From NCBI GenBank assembly GCA_001784175.1, contig MFPR01000030.1:1-64000 (forward strand): a stretch of DNA of 64,000 nucleotides. The letters run 5' to 3'. Positions 47,701-56,911 of this stretch are shown here, piece after piece (position 1 is the stretch's first letter; each line of letters starts with the position of its first letter). Under the pieces are notes generated by a model. The model searched no databases. It saw nothing but the letters and a program-made list of their open reading frames with translations, and was not told where the DNA came from. A program made the translations under genes and the position numbers. This DNA is from Candidatus Lindowbacteria bacterium RIFCSPLOWO2_12_FULL_62_27. Its GTDB lineage: Bacteria; Lindowbacteria; 2-12-FULL-62-27.

Positions 47701-49188
47701 GGCCAGATCCGCCATCTCCCGCTCGAGATCCGCGAACGTGCCTCTCACAGGCGTCTTGCGCGGCGTGACGCAGGAAAAATAAAGCCGGGCGAATTCCCCG
47801 CCTTCCACGCCCATCGACAGCGACGTCTCGATCTCCACAGCGGCCAGCCGGGCGCGCAGGCAGTCTTCGAAACGCAGCCGCACCTCCCGGTTGAACTTGT
47901 CCCTCGACATCACCACCACCACCGAAATCTCGTCGTCCACGCTCGACGGCCGGAAGGTCGCCTTGAAGTCCCGCACGTGCTGGGCGGCCATGGCGGCGCG
48001 GATTTCGCTGCGGAGGTCGTCGACCGACGCGCCGAACAGAAAATCTTTCGGATAACTGCAGAAAATACCGTACATTTCCCGGTAATCGTGCGACTGCGGC
48101 ACGACACCGTCCGCCGAGATCACCGCGCCGAATTTCTCCTGCAGAATCGGAATCTCCGTCGGCGGGAGGCCCTCCACCCGGTTCGTGAACAACCCCACCC
48201 ACCGGTGCTCGCCCTCGACCCGGCCACGCGCGTCCAGGGATTTCACGCCGAGGTACACCATCCGCTCGCGCCGGTATATCGGGGAATGATCGTCGCTGTG
48301 GGCGATCACATACGGCGCAGGACCGGCCAGCCATCGGCGGAGCGCGGCGGGCGCGGAGGAGAGTGGCGCCGGGCGGTAGAATCGCGATTGCCGTTCGCGC
48401 CGGAGAATCCCAAGACCGCTTCCGCGCCGGAGACCAATGTATTTTCGGCCGCGCCTTGTGAGGAGGTCGTATTCGCGGTAGCCGAGAAAGACGAAATTGC
48501 CGGAATCGAGCCAGAACAGGAACTTTGCAAGCTCCCGGCGCTCCGCCGCGAATTTTTCGGCGCCGGCCGCCTCAAGTTCGCGGCGGGTCCGCTCGAGTTT
48601 CAGGCGCATCCTTTCGAAGTCCCGCACGACAAGGCCGATATCGGCGAAAACCTCCGCCACCGCCGATTCGATCCGCCGAAGTTCCGCCGGATCGTCGACG
48701 CGCTCGATCTCGACGTGGATCAGCGATTGCCGCGATTTCAGCTTCGGGTCGCCCAGCGCCGTGAGCTGACCCCGACGGTTCCACGCGACCGGAAGAATGG
48801 GATGAACCAGGTGGATGACCGGATGGCGCATGACCCGCAGCCGTTCCCTCACGCTGGTGACATAAAAAGGCCCGTCCGGCGCGGAGATCTGGAGGATCGT
48901 GCGGTCGGAGGCAAAGCCGTCCCGGGCCGGATCCGGATTCCATGCCGACACGGCCATGCGAGCGCCCCGGGTTCGCACGAGCGCCTGAAAGGCGCCGGCC
49001 AGGATCACCTGAAGGTCCTCCGGCCGGTAGCCCAGCACAAACGCCTCCGGGGCGTTCTTGAAGAATTGTCCGGCCAGCGCGGTCAGAAAAATCCGCGCGC
49101 GGCCTCCGGCGCCGGCCAGTCGCCGGCGCAGGTCTGACAACCTCCGGCGGACCTCATCCGCCGCAGGCCGGGCGTCAGCGTGTGCCAT
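44725..49188 (-). CDS. gdhB: NAD-specific glutamate dehydrogenase (large type)
   Basis: EGVHLRGG.IARGGIR.SDR, KNAIIVP.GAKGGF, YLVVAADKGTA, GDMSGDVFGNG, DNSAGVD.SDHEVNLKI. Confidence 0.96.
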   Translation of the reverse strand: MAHADARPAADEVRRRLSDLRRRLAGAGGRARIFLTALAGQFFKNAPEAFVLGYRPEDLQVILAGAFQALVRTRGARMAVSAWNPDPARDGFASDRTILQISAPDGPFYVTSVRERLRVMRHPVIHLVHPILPVAWNRRGQLTALGDPKLKSRQSLIHVEIERVDDPAELRRIESAVAEVFADIGLVVRDFERMRLKLERTRRELEAAGAEKFAAERRELAKFLFWLDSGNFVFLGYREYDLLTRRGRKYIGLRRGSGLGILRRERQSRFYRPAPLSSAPAALRRWLAGPAPYVIAHSDDHSPIYRRERMVYLGVKSLDARGRVEGEHRWVGLFTNRVEGLPPTEIPILQEKFGAVISADGVVPQSHDYREMYGIFCSYPKDFLFGASVDDLRSEIRAAMAAQHVRDFKATFRPSSVDDEISVVVVMSRDKFNREVRLRFEDCLRARLAAVEIETSLSMGVEGGEFARLYFSCVTPRKTPVRGTFADLEREMADLAKTWPDRLQEELAARKGSREGTRLAQLYAGAFSVEFHSHTTPAGAVHDVEKLEALHGRTESQDPVQIDLFNTRADPGCSRIKLYHLREKLPLSDIMPVLTDHGFRVVDEVSNSVRVAGRPLAFIHTFRVQRDDKPVEVQTLGAPLCESVLGAIRRDAECDPMCSLILLAGLRPRDVALLRLYRNFLHQIVPVHTLRSIESALVRHPETAGGLLDFFRARFDPSLGAAGAAARRRRVSDAEKQMEEFLEGVEDLLEDRILRLMANAIHSTVRTNYYQTPARRALGVKIRSSSLLSAPKPVPLFEIFVSDPDFEGVHLRGGRIARGGIRHSDRRDDFRTEILGLMKTQMVKNAIIVPVGAKGGFVVKSPVPKDRARETHVRCYRSFIQTLLDLTDNEIGRLAPPAGCVIYDEPDPYLVVAADKGTADFSDIANAIAIDRGYWLGDAFASGGKSGYDHKKLGITARGVWECIRHHLGTIGAPSRVTCAGIGDMSGDVFGNGMRDWGYGIEIMLLAAFNHQYIFLDPAPDARRAAAERERLFRLPRSTWADYDPAAISRGGGVYLRSAKKISLSAEAARMLELPSRGASGEEVIRAILKMKVDLLYNGGIGAYVKSSAERHADVGDPANDRVRIDAADLRCRIIGEGGNGGLTQAARIEFARTGRRLNTDAVDNSAGVDLSDHEVNLKIGLRTLGVSGARRDRLLRRLSGPVSRAVLEDNALQSRILTLEEWRSRQEIQYYPRLIELLSADGLSRDLEWIPSDKELAERARQSLGLVRPELAVLLAYVKITINRAILEQAGTGKQALSADPVFGPFFHAYFPGLIVGLQRMRLANHITATTAANAFVNRAGLTFAFRLSDETGKPPVEVVRAYLAAESLVRAADVRARVNRDAAAVQAWHSLELGLADLTRWLLREYGTSDVSEALKRFRSLPDTLPVLDRILSEADKKRFFDAAESVRSKGVSADLALRLARIQSAVQILDLMVAEGRYRRLLAR

Positions 49189-51331
49189 CGTAGACGTACC
49201 GGACCGCTTTGCGGCCGGCCGGGATCGACAGCAGCCAGTCCCGGACCGATCGCGCCGTCGAAGATGCGCGCGGCCACGGAGACAGCAGGCGCCCGATCCG
49301 GCAGGCCTGCGGGAAAGTCACAAACGCGCCGCCGGCGAATCCGACCGCCTTGGCCGACGCAGTCGTCAGTTCGCCGGACCGGAAGACATGGATGGAGCTG
49401 GAATCGGACGACACGCGGGTGAGGGCGTCGATCTGGGTGTAGGTGGAATTGATGCCGGACGCAGACCAGAGTTTAAACCCGTTTGTATCGGCGCCGATCG
49501 CAACCAACTGGTTCAAGAGCGTGGCGTCGAACCGATATTCGACCACATATTTGTACTTCTGCGATCCGCTCGAAAGATCCGTGAGCGTGGTGCCGGACTG
49601 GTCGACGAAGCGGACGTCGAGGACGAGCTTTTTGAAAAGAGCCAAGCCTGATTCCGTCGCGGGGAATCCCGCAGGCACGTTGGAGGATGTCCAGGTCAGC
49701 GTCCCGGCCTGCGGCACCAGGACTTCGATGACGGCGGTCTCGGTGTTGGTCTTGACGTAAATCGCCACGCTGTCCTTGCGGTTCTCGATCTGCACCACCG
49801 CCGTGCAGCTCGCCTGACCGGCGCCGACGGTCGAGGAGAAATCGGTGTCGGCGGCTTTGAAGGAGATCCGCTTGTAATCGGAGGAGGACGAAACGGTCGG
49901 CAAAAGCACGGTCGTGTCGGGGTTGACGCTGACCACGGCATTCGTGTTGAATTCGCTCAGGGTGTCGGTGAAACTTGCCGTGAATGACACGCTGTCCGCG
50001 CCCATCGCGATTTTTTTAATGCTGAACCGCGCGCCCGATTGCGAGTAGGCCCGGGCGTTGGGCGTCGTGTTGTCCGCGAAGGTCGTCTTGCCCTCGAATC
50101 CCGGCCAGGGGTCGCCGGCGTCGCCGAGGTCCGCAATCGTGGTGTTCCGGCCGCCGTCGGCGGCCTCCAGATGCACGCGGCCGTGGCTGGAGGAGGTGTT
50201 GTTGTCCGTCGTGTTGACGGTGTTGGACGTGACGGATCCGACCGAATTGTCGACGTGCCAGATGAGGAGCCCTTCGCCCGGCGCGCTGTCATTGCCGGAC
50301 GGCAAGGGGTCGCGGTATTCGAGGAGGAAATACTCGGTGGCGCTCGACGTCAGCGGATAAATTTTGTAAATCTTCGAGTCGGCCTCGGCTTTCAGGAGCG
50401 TCGGCGCCGTGTCCGTCGTGATGACCTTCGTGTCGGCCCAGCTCAGATACTCGCGCTCCCAGGCCGACATCCAGGACGGGCTGTCGCCCTGCGGGTCGCC
50501 CTGGTAGTTTCCGGTGCCCATCAAGGCCCAGTTTCCCGCGCCCCGCGTGCCGACCGACGTGTTGTAAAGGTCCGGCAGGCCCAGCACGTGGCCGAACTCG
50601 TGGCAAAACGTGCCGAACATGGTGACGGCGACGCCGGAGACGGTCGTGCCGTAGGCGGCCAGGATGACGCCCTGGGTCACGGTGTCGCCGGTTTGCAGGT
50701 CGGTGTAGGTGGTCACGTCGGTGACATACTGCGCGGCGAGGTCGTTCGTGTTTCCGGTAAGCTGCTCGGCCGTGCCGGCGTGGAGGACGGTGACGGCGTG
50801 GTAATAGCCGAAGTTGACCCAGGTATCGACGCGCATGAGCGCCTCACGAATGAGGGTCTTCTCCGAATTGTTCGCGCCATAGGTCGCGATCCCGTTGCCC
50901 GCCGTCAGCGCGAGCGTGTCGAAAACCGTGGCCGCGAGGTTCAGTCTCCCGTAGGACATGGCGCGGTACAGCGTGTCGGCGCGCGTCATCATGTCGCGGA
51001 TATATCCTCCCGCCTCCGTGGTGGATCCGGAAAACGCCGCGTCCGGAAACTGCACCAGCAGGACCGCCACCCGCACCGTGTCCGTGATGTTGTCCGTGTC
51101 GCCGCCGAAGGACTGGCTGGGCCCGCGAAACGCGGGCGCCGCGGGCGCCGACGCGGCGGCGCCATGGCCTGCCGCAACCCGCGCCCACAGATCCCCCACG
51201 CCGCTCGGACAGCCCGCCACGCAAGGCTCGCCGCGCGCGCGGCGCGCCGACTCAATCGCCGGATGCATCGGCGCGGCCCATACGCTTGAGGAAACCGAAA
51301 GCAAAGAAAGAACCAGCATCAATGCAACCAT
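49175..51331 (-). CDS. M6-family (immune inhibitor A-like) zinc metalloprotease with CFI-box-CTERM-like tail
   Basis: Signal peptide, HAG, HEFGHVLGLPDLY, WALM..G, EYFLLEYR, GLLIWHVD; tail C..GRL...VRDWLL..PAGRKAVRYVY. Confidence 0.88.
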   Translation of the reverse strand: MVALMLVLSLLSVSSSVWAAPMHPAIESARRARGEPCVAGCPSGVGDLWARVAAGHGAAASAPAAPAFRGPSQSFGGDTDNITDTVRVAVLLVQFPDAAFSGSTTEAGGYIRDMMTRADTLYRAMSYGRLNLAATVFDTLALTAGNGIATYGANNSEKTLIREALMRVDTWVNFGYYHAVTVLHAGTAEQLTGNTNDLAAQYVTDVTTYTDLQTGDTVTQGVILAAYGTTVSGVAVTMFGTFCHEFGHVLGLPDLYNTSVGTRGAGNWALMGTGNYQGDPQGDSPSWMSAWEREYLSWADTKVITTDTAPTLLKAEADSKIYKIYPLTSSATEYFLLEYRDPLPSGNDSAPGEGLLIWHVDNSVGSVTSNTVNTTDNNTSSSHGRVHLEAADGGRNTTIADLGDAGDPWPGFEGKTTFADNTTPNARAYSQSGARFSIKKIAMGADSVSFTASFTDTLSEFNTNAVVSVNPDTTVLLPTVSSSSDYKRISFKAADTDFSSTVGAGQASCTAVVQIENRKDSVAIYVKTNTETAVIEVLVPQAGTLTWTSSNVPAGFPATESGLALFKKLVLDVRFVDQSGTTLTDLSSGSQKYKYVVEYRFDATLLNQLVAIGADTNGFKLWSASGINSTYTQIDALTRVSSDSSSIHVFRSGELTTASAKAVGFAGGAFVTFPQACRIGRLLSPWPRASSTARSVRDWLLSIPAGRKAVRYVYDGTR

Positions 51332-51340
51332 TACCCGATA

Positions 51341-51712
51341 TTACCTCACTTTTTCCGCATGTTCGACAAAAAGCGTCGAGCCGTCGATCCGGCCGTACAG
51401 GCGGATCGGGGCGTTCAGCCACTCCGCCATCGTTTCCGGCGGCCACTTGTCTCCACGCTTCTGCATCTCCTCGTAGACGTCCGGATGATAGGGCGCGACC
51501 TCGAGCGGCAGCCACGGCTTGACTTCGACTTCGCCCGACGCATCCTTCAGGACGAACTTCGGATTGTTGAAATATCCCGGACCCCGGTTTTCAAGGACGC
51601 CTTCCACCACCACCCGCGGACAGCCGCACGTCAGCGCCTTGGCGATGGGCTTGACGGCCGGCTCGCACGCCGCGAGCAGAAACGGCAACACGCCCAAGAG
51701 GAGAGTCTTCAC
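51341..51712 (-). CDS. Small lipoprotein (possible OB-fold)
   Basis: GTG overlapping the upstream stop; lipobox LAAC; FVLKDASGEVEV. Confidence 0.65.
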   Translation of the reverse strand: MKTLLLGVLPFLLAACEPAVKPIAKALTCGCPRVVVEGVLENRGPGYFNNPKFVLKDASGEVEVKPWLPLEVAPYHPDVYEEMQKRGDKWPPETMAEWLNAPIRLYGRIDGSTLFVEHAEKVR

Positions 51713-53052
51713 GGCCGCTCCGCGCCCAGCGACTCGAGATTGTTGCGCGCGATTTCGTTGGTTGGGTCGATCTCCAGGACCTTTTCCCATGCGCGGCGCG
51801 CGGCCGGAATGTTCTTCAGGTAATAGAGCGTGTACCCGAGATACAGGTGGCTGTCGACGTCCGACGGGTTCAGCTCTGTCGCCTTGAAGTAATGCCCGTA
51901 GGCGTCGGAATAGCGGCGCAGGACGAAATAGGTCGTGGCGAGGTTGTACCGCAGCATCGCGTCGTCCGGTTTCATCGCGACCGCCGCCTCGTAGTGCGCG
52001 GCCGCGGCCACGTAATCCCGCCGGTCGAACGCGCGCATCGCTTCGGCTGTGCGGTCCGCCAGCGCGGCGCCCGGCCCGGCGGGCGCTGCGGCCTTCTCGG
52101 CGCGGCGCAACACCTGCGCGAGGTCCTCCTCCGTCGGCTGCCAGAAGTCCGACTCCTCCTGCCTCGCCTGCGCGTGGGTCCGGATATTTCCGAACATGGT
52201 GCTCAGGCCGATCCGGAAGGAAAAATTGGGGCTGCCGGCCAGAACGCCGAAACCGCCGCCGGCCGTGAGCGAAAATCGGTTCGTCGGGCTGAATCGCACG
52301 CCCAAAAAGGCGGCGAGCTGCGCGTTGGACTCGACGCCAAAACCCCCCTTGAACGGCGACGTGCTCCCCGCCAGCTCGTACAGGCCCTCCCATCGGTCGG
52401 ACCACTCGTGGGCATAGCCGATTCCGAAACTGATGACATTGTCATAAATATCTGCAGCGTTCTTGACGCCGTTGTCGTTGATGTCCGGATTTCCGCCTTT
52501 GGAAACGACGCCAAGATTCACATTCATCACGCCGGGTCCGAGTTTCGGGCCATACATGAATTTGACCCCGAAGTCGACGTTGTCCCGGCCGTAGAGAAGC
52601 GCGTTGTTTCCGAACATTGCCATCTCCCACATCCAGGAGACGCGCGGCCACAGTTTCCATTTGACAAACAGCCGCATCCCGCCGAGGCCGCCCTGGTTCA
52701 ACAGATTTCCCGTGAAGTTCACAGGATTGGTGTCCACCCCTTTGTCGAACTCCCCGTCCACCGACCAGCCCAGCTCCATCCGGTCGGTCAGGCCGTACCG
52801 GACCTCCAGGGGCACACGCACGAAATCGACCTCGACGTCGTCCTTGGACGTCGTGGTCCGGACCGGCCCTTTCAGCGGCGCCGCGCCGGCGCCGAATTCC
52901 AGATCGAACTTCAGGTCCCACGACCCGCGCTTCATCATCCGCTGGTTTTCAAGCGTCAATCCGTCGAGCGGTTTGGCGGCCGATATGCCCGGCACGGACA
53001 GGCCACAGGCAAGAATCAAGAGGCAAAAGCACAAGAGAAAACGTGCGTTCAT
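51709..53052 (-). CDS. Outer-membrane beta-barrel-like protein fused to C-terminal TPRs
   Basis: Signal peptide, RYGLTDRMEL and alternating beta strands, then YNLA...YLG...WEKVLEIDP.N..ARNNL. Confidence 0.7.
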   Translation of the reverse strand: MNARFLLCFCLLILACGLSVPGISAAKPLDGLTLENQRMMKRGSWDLKFDLEFGAGAAPLKGPVRTTTSKDDVEVDFVRVPLEVRYGLTDRMELGWSVDGEFDKGVDTNPVNFTGNLLNQGGLGGMRLFVKWKLWPRVSWMWEMAMFGNNALLYGRDNVDFGVKFMYGPKLGPGVMNVNLGVVSKGGNPDINDNGVKNAADIYDNVISFGIGYAHEWSDRWEGLYELAGSTSPFKGGFGVESNAQLAAFLGVRFSPTNRFSLTAGGGFGVLAGSPNFSFRIGLSTMFGNIRTHAQARQEESDFWQPTEEDLAQVLRRAEKAAAPAGPGAALADRTAEAMRAFDRRDYVAAAAHYEAAVAMKPDDAMLRYNLATTYFVLRRYSDAYGHYFKATELNPSDVDSHLYLGYTLYYLKNIPAARRAWEKVLEIDPTNEIARNNLESLGAERP

Positions 53053-53097
53053 CGTCCAGCCTTTATAGCATTTTGCCGGCATGAGTTGAATGCCGGC

Positions 53098-54396
53098 TCA
53101 TTCGGGGAATCGGCAGACCGCGTAAAGCGGGTAATTTCGAATCTTCCCGTCCGCCTTCAGGTTCAACAGATTTGTCCGACACAACGTTTTCGGGTTGTAC
53201 TTCCTGTCATAGAATTTGAGGCTTTTGCTGCGGGGATTGAATCCCGATTTCACCTCGAGAGGATGGACGGCGCCTTTGAATTCGCAGATGAAATCCAGTT
53301 CGGCCGCGCCTGGACTGCTCCAGTAATAGAGATCGCCGGCGCCCCTGGCCGACCATTGCTGCGCCACATAATTTTCTGTCATGGCGCCTTTGTATTCATG
53401 GAACATCTCATCCGTCCTTACAACAACCTCCGCCGGGAGATTCGCCAGAGCTCCCAGTAAGCCGGTATCCAACGCGTATACCTTGTAAATGCCGCTCTGC
53501 CGGTACGCGCCCAGCGGGAGCTTGCCGGCGGAAACCGCGTGGCTTCGGTGGATCAATCCCGCATCCTCCAGCCACACGATGGCCGCCTCGTATTCCCGCG
53601 CCCGCGCGCTTTTCTTCAGGGCGGAGAACATGAACTTCTTGTTTTCTTTGCCCAAATGCGCCGGAATCGAACTCCAAATCAGCGTCAATTTGGGGATGTC
53701 CACCGCCGGGGCATGTTTTGCAAAATCGAGAACATAGGAATTGTTGATCTCCGTATGGACCTTCCGGACCTCGTTTAAATCACCGCTGTCCGCATAGACC
53801 GCCACGGCTTCGGGCATCCCGCCCACAAATAAATAGGCCCTTAACAGGTCGATGAGTTTGTGGTGCAAGGGTTCCGGATAAGGCGTGAAGTCCGAAGTCT
53901 CTTCGATGAGTGTCCGTAACCCGGGTTCTCCCACCGCGCCGAGAAATTCCATGAAGGTCAACGGATGCATGTGGAGGAAATTCACCTGACCCACCGGAAA
54001 CCCTCCGGGCTGTGACGTTTTCACGCCCAGCAAGGACCCTGCGGCCACGATATGATACTGGTTGGATTTCTCATGGAAGTATTTCAGTCCGGTCAGGGCG
54101 CTGTTGCATTCCTGGATCTCGTCGAACAGGATAAGCGTCGTCTCGGGGTTGATTTCCTGTTTCTTGTAAATGGAGAGATTCTTCAATATCCTGCCCGGAT
54201 CTTTGGAATCCCTGAAAAACCCCTTCAACTGCGAATCTTCCTCAAAATTCAGATAAACCAGATTCCTGTATTCCTTGCCCCCGAATTCCTTCAGAATCCA
54301 TGTCTTGCCGACCTGCCGCGCCCCCTTCATAATCAGGGGCTTACGGCGCCGGGATTTCCTCCATTCGACCAACTCTCGATATATATCTCTCTGCAT
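53098..54396 (-). CDS. AAA ATPase with DUF4143 C-terminal domain
   Basis: GARQVGKT, FDEIQ, AGSLLG, GGMPE, KVY.LDTGLL, ELDF...PLEVKS; lower GC. Confidence 0.92.
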   Translation of the reverse strand: MQRDIYRELVEWRKSRRRKPLIMKGARQVGKTWILKEFGGKEYRNLVYLNFEEDSQLKGFFRDSKDPGRILKNLSIYKKQEINPETTLILFDEIQECNSALTGLKYFHEKSNQYHIVAAGSLLGVKTSQPGGFPVGQVNFLHMHPLTFMEFLGAVGEPGLRTLIEETSDFTPYPEPLHHKLIDLLRAYLFVGGMPEAVAVYADSGDLNEVRKVHTEINNSYVLDFAKHAPAVDIPKLTLIWSSIPAHLGKENKKFMFSALKKSARAREYEAAIVWLEDAGLIHRSHAVSAGKLPLGAYRQSGIYKVYALDTGLLGALANLPAEVVVRTDEMFHEYKGAMTENYVAQQWSARGAGDLYYWSSPGAAELDFICEFKGAVHPLEVKSGFNPRSKSLKFYDRKYNPKTLCRTNLLNLKADGKIRNYPLYAVCRFPE

Positions 54397-54402
54397 AGGC
54401 TA

Positions 54403-54431
54403 AATCTATATATTTTGTGATTAAATGTCAA
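54403..54431 (-). promoter_or_regulatory. Promoter predicted to give a leaderless mRNA
   Basis: TTGACA-17 bp-TAGATT-6 nt-ATG(54396). Confidence 0.7.
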
Positions 54432-54546
54432 TAATACGTAGTATAAAAGTGGGGGCTACCACATAAAATTATGGAACCCTTGGCCTTCCTCCGCGTGTTT
54501 AAGCTCCACGGCTGGCGAAAGTAGAAGAATGACACCTAGGCCCTAG

Positions 54547-54599
54547 GCGGGCATCCAGACCCGCAGGGCAGACTGGATTCCCGCTTTCGCGGGAATGAC
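54547..54599. repeat. REP-like palindrome (GTCATTCCCGCGAAAGCGGGAATCCAG type) with degenerate partner
   Basis: CTGGATTCCCGC(TTTC)GCGGGAATGAC at 54573-54599; partial inverse GCGGGCATCCAG at 54547-54558. Confidence 0.7.
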
Positions 54600-54664
54600 G
54601 CAGATGGCTGAATAGTAACCGTAAATATCAGATTACGAAATTGGTTTTCAGTGAAATACCGTAA

Positions 54665-54693
54665 CCCCTCCTCCATCCCCCCTCAGGGGGGAT
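54665..54693. repeat. REP-like palindrome or terminator after the FecR gene
   Basis: CCCCTCCTCC-ATCCCCCC(TCA)GGGGGGAT. Confidence 0.55.
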
Positions 54694-54701
54694 GAAAAGA
54701 A

Positions 54702-56858
54702 TCAGAACGGAGGCGCCGGCGGAACGTCCGCGGCCGGGGGCGGCGGAGCTGATTCAACCACCGTGGTCGGAGGAGGTGGTGGCGGCGCTTCTTGGACCAC
54801 GATCGTCGACGTGAGCGGCACGTCCACCACCGTTGTGCTTGTCAGGACCTGCTGCTGCTCCGACGATGTGGTAGCCGACGTGGTCACATCGACAATGGCG
54901 GTTTGAACCTGAATCTGCTCGGCCGTTGCATATTCCGTCGAAGCCCCGCCCGCACTGACCGCTTCCACAAAGCCGAACTGCGAGGGGTCGATCAGAGTAA
55001 AGACCGGCAAAGGCTCGGCGCCCAGCACCGGTTCTCCCGGCGCGCCTGGCAACGGCTCGCCTGGCGCGCCCGGCAATGGAAGCGGCGCGCCCGGAATCGG
55101 CTCGCCCGGCGCCGGCGCGCCCGGAATCGGGGCGCCCGGTAGCGGCGCGCCCGGCACTGGCGCGCCCGGAGCCGGAGCTTCGCCCGGAGCGGGCGCGGCC
55201 ACCGGCGGAGCGTCGAACGCCGCCAGGAATTTTACATCAAAGGATTGAGTCAAGAATGCATTGAACTCCTGCAAGGCCGCCGCGACACTCACCGGCTCGA
55301 CCGCCGCCGGCGCCTCCGCGAGGGGCGGAGCAATGGACACGGCGACATCGGCCGCCGAAATCGCGCCCTGCGCCGCCGCCGCAACGATTTGTTCGGCACC
55401 GGCCGCGTTGCCGACCGCCGCATTGGCCCCCGCCTGAGCCATGGCAGAGGCCTCTGACGCTGAAGCGCCCCTCGCGATGGCCTGCTCAACAACCGCGCCG
55501 GATACTCCGGCCGCCGCCATCGACGCCGCCAGGCCCACATCCCCGCCCGACGACGCCGTAGCAGCAGTTCTCGCCGCTTCGCCCGCCGCTTTAGCATCGC
55601 CGCCGGCCGACAACACGGCTTCCGCTGCTGCCGACGCCGACGCTCTGGACGCCACCGCACCCGCAGCATCGGCGCCTACAATGGACGACGCCGCGGACCT
55701 CGCTGCTTCGCCCGCCGCCTTGGCGTCGCCGCCGGCCGCAAGCGTTGCCGACGCGACTACTTCCGCCGACGCGCGGGCCGCCACTCGATTGGCCGCTTCC
55801 GCACCGACCATCGTCACCGCAGCAGCTTTCGCTCCGTCCGCCGCCGATCGAGCGTCGCCACCGGCCGAAACCGCCGCGCCAGCCGCGGACGATGCCACAG
55901 CCCTGGCCGCGGCTTCACCCGTCACGCCCACCGACTTGGCAACCTCGCCGCTCGCCGCCGAAGCAACCGCCGCGGCGACCTTGGCGACATCGCCGCCGCC
56001 GGCCGCCGCCGTCGCCACTGCTTTTTTGACGGCGTCCTCAAGTTTTTTGGCCTCCGCCCCGGTCAAACCCGCCTCTTTCGACGCCGCCTTGGCCATGTCA
56101 TCGCCCATCTTTGTGGCGACGGCGGCCGTCATGGGACCACCCTTGGCGGCGTCGCCCGCGAGTTTGGCCACGGCCTTGCCGACTTCTTCAACCTTCTTCA
56201 CTTTTTCCGCTTCGACCTTCTTGAGCTCCGCCGTCTTGGCCGCAGCCTCGGCCGCCTTGGGCGCCTCCACTGCTTTGGGAGGCGCAAGTCCGAGGACGGC
56301 CTGTACGGCCGGCGGCAGTTGCGAAGCGATGACCGGCGCGCGGTCGACCTGACCTTCAAATGTTTTGATTTCGCACCCGATGCCCGGGAAATATCCGCAC
56401 TCAAACTGCGTGCCGCGCACGCCCGCGACCGCCGTAGGCGTGGTGATCGAGAACTTGTTGGTCTTGCCGCTTTCCTTGTCGACCTTGGCCGTCACCTTGC
56501 CGACCTGGAGGAACAGCTCCGTGTAGAATTCCTTGTCGCCCTCGACCGTGCGGCCGACGACGAACTGCGTGAGAGGCTCGATGACAGTCTGGCTGTTTTC
56601 GAACTTGATGGTGGCCTTGCCGTCAATGCCCGTCGAGATCTGATCGCCCGGCGTGACGATCATGCCGTCGGAAGCCTTGATAAAGTCCGTGCTGCCGCGC
56701 TTGTTGACCTCCACGTCCCCGCTGACGTCAATCAGGGCGCCTTTCATGATGTCGGCGCCTTCGGCCGATGGGAGAGGCAACAGGAGGCAGGCAACCACCA
56801 AGAGACACCACGCGCGAGGAAGAGACATCCTTGATTTATTCATTATCATCATGACCAT
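54702..56858 (-). CDS. FecR-domain secreted protein with Ala-rich helical repeats and PGAP-rich tail
   Basis: GDQISTG..G.A.I.F, FSITTPTAVAGVRGT; AGGDAKAAGEAAR repeats; PGAP(V/L/I) pentapeptides. Confidence 0.8.
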   Translation of the reverse strand: MVMMIMNKSRMSLPRAWCLLVVACLLLPLPSAEGADIMKGALIDVSGDVEVNKRGSTDFIKASDGMIVTPGDQISTGIDGKATIKFENSQTVIEPLTQFVVGRTVEGDKEFYTELFLQVGKVTAKVDKESGKTNKFSITTPTAVAGVRGTQFECGYFPGIGCEIKTFEGQVDRAPVIASQLPPAVQAVLGLAPPKAVEAPKAAEAAAKTAELKKVEAEKVKKVEEVGKAVAKLAGDAAKGGPMTAAVATKMGDDMAKAASKEAGLTGAEAKKLEDAVKKAVATAAAGGGDVAKVAAAVASAASGEVAKSVGVTGEAAARAVASSAAGAAVSAGGDARSAADGAKAAAVTMVGAEAANRVAARASAEVVASATLAAGGDAKAAGEAARSAASSIVGADAAGAVASRASASAAAEAVLSAGGDAKAAGEAARTAATASSGGDVGLAASMAAAGVSGAVVEQAIARGASASEASAMAQAGANAAVGNAAGAEQIVAAAAQGAISAADVAVSIAPPLAEAPAAVEPVSVAAALQEFNAFLTQSFDVKFLAAFDAPPVAAPAPGEAPAPGAPVPGAPLPGAPIPGAPAPGEPIPGAPLPLPGAPGEPLPGAPGEPVLGAEPLPVFTLIDPSQFGFVEAVSAGGASTEYATAEQIQVQTAIVDVTTSATTSSEQQQVLTSTTVVDVPLTSTIVVQEAPPPPPPTTVVESAPPPPAADVPPAPPF

Positions 56859-56911
56859 TCCACCTCATTTTATTTCTGGTTTCCCAGAATCCTGTTTGCC
56901 CCCACAGCCCG

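Noticed and set aside
45499-49137. 1212-aa plus-strand ORF
   Set aside because: Antisense shadow of NAD-glutamate dehydrogenase.
54604-54666. Possible IS/MITE end (GGCTGAATAGTAAC)
   Set aside because: No matching partner end or target duplication found in the window.
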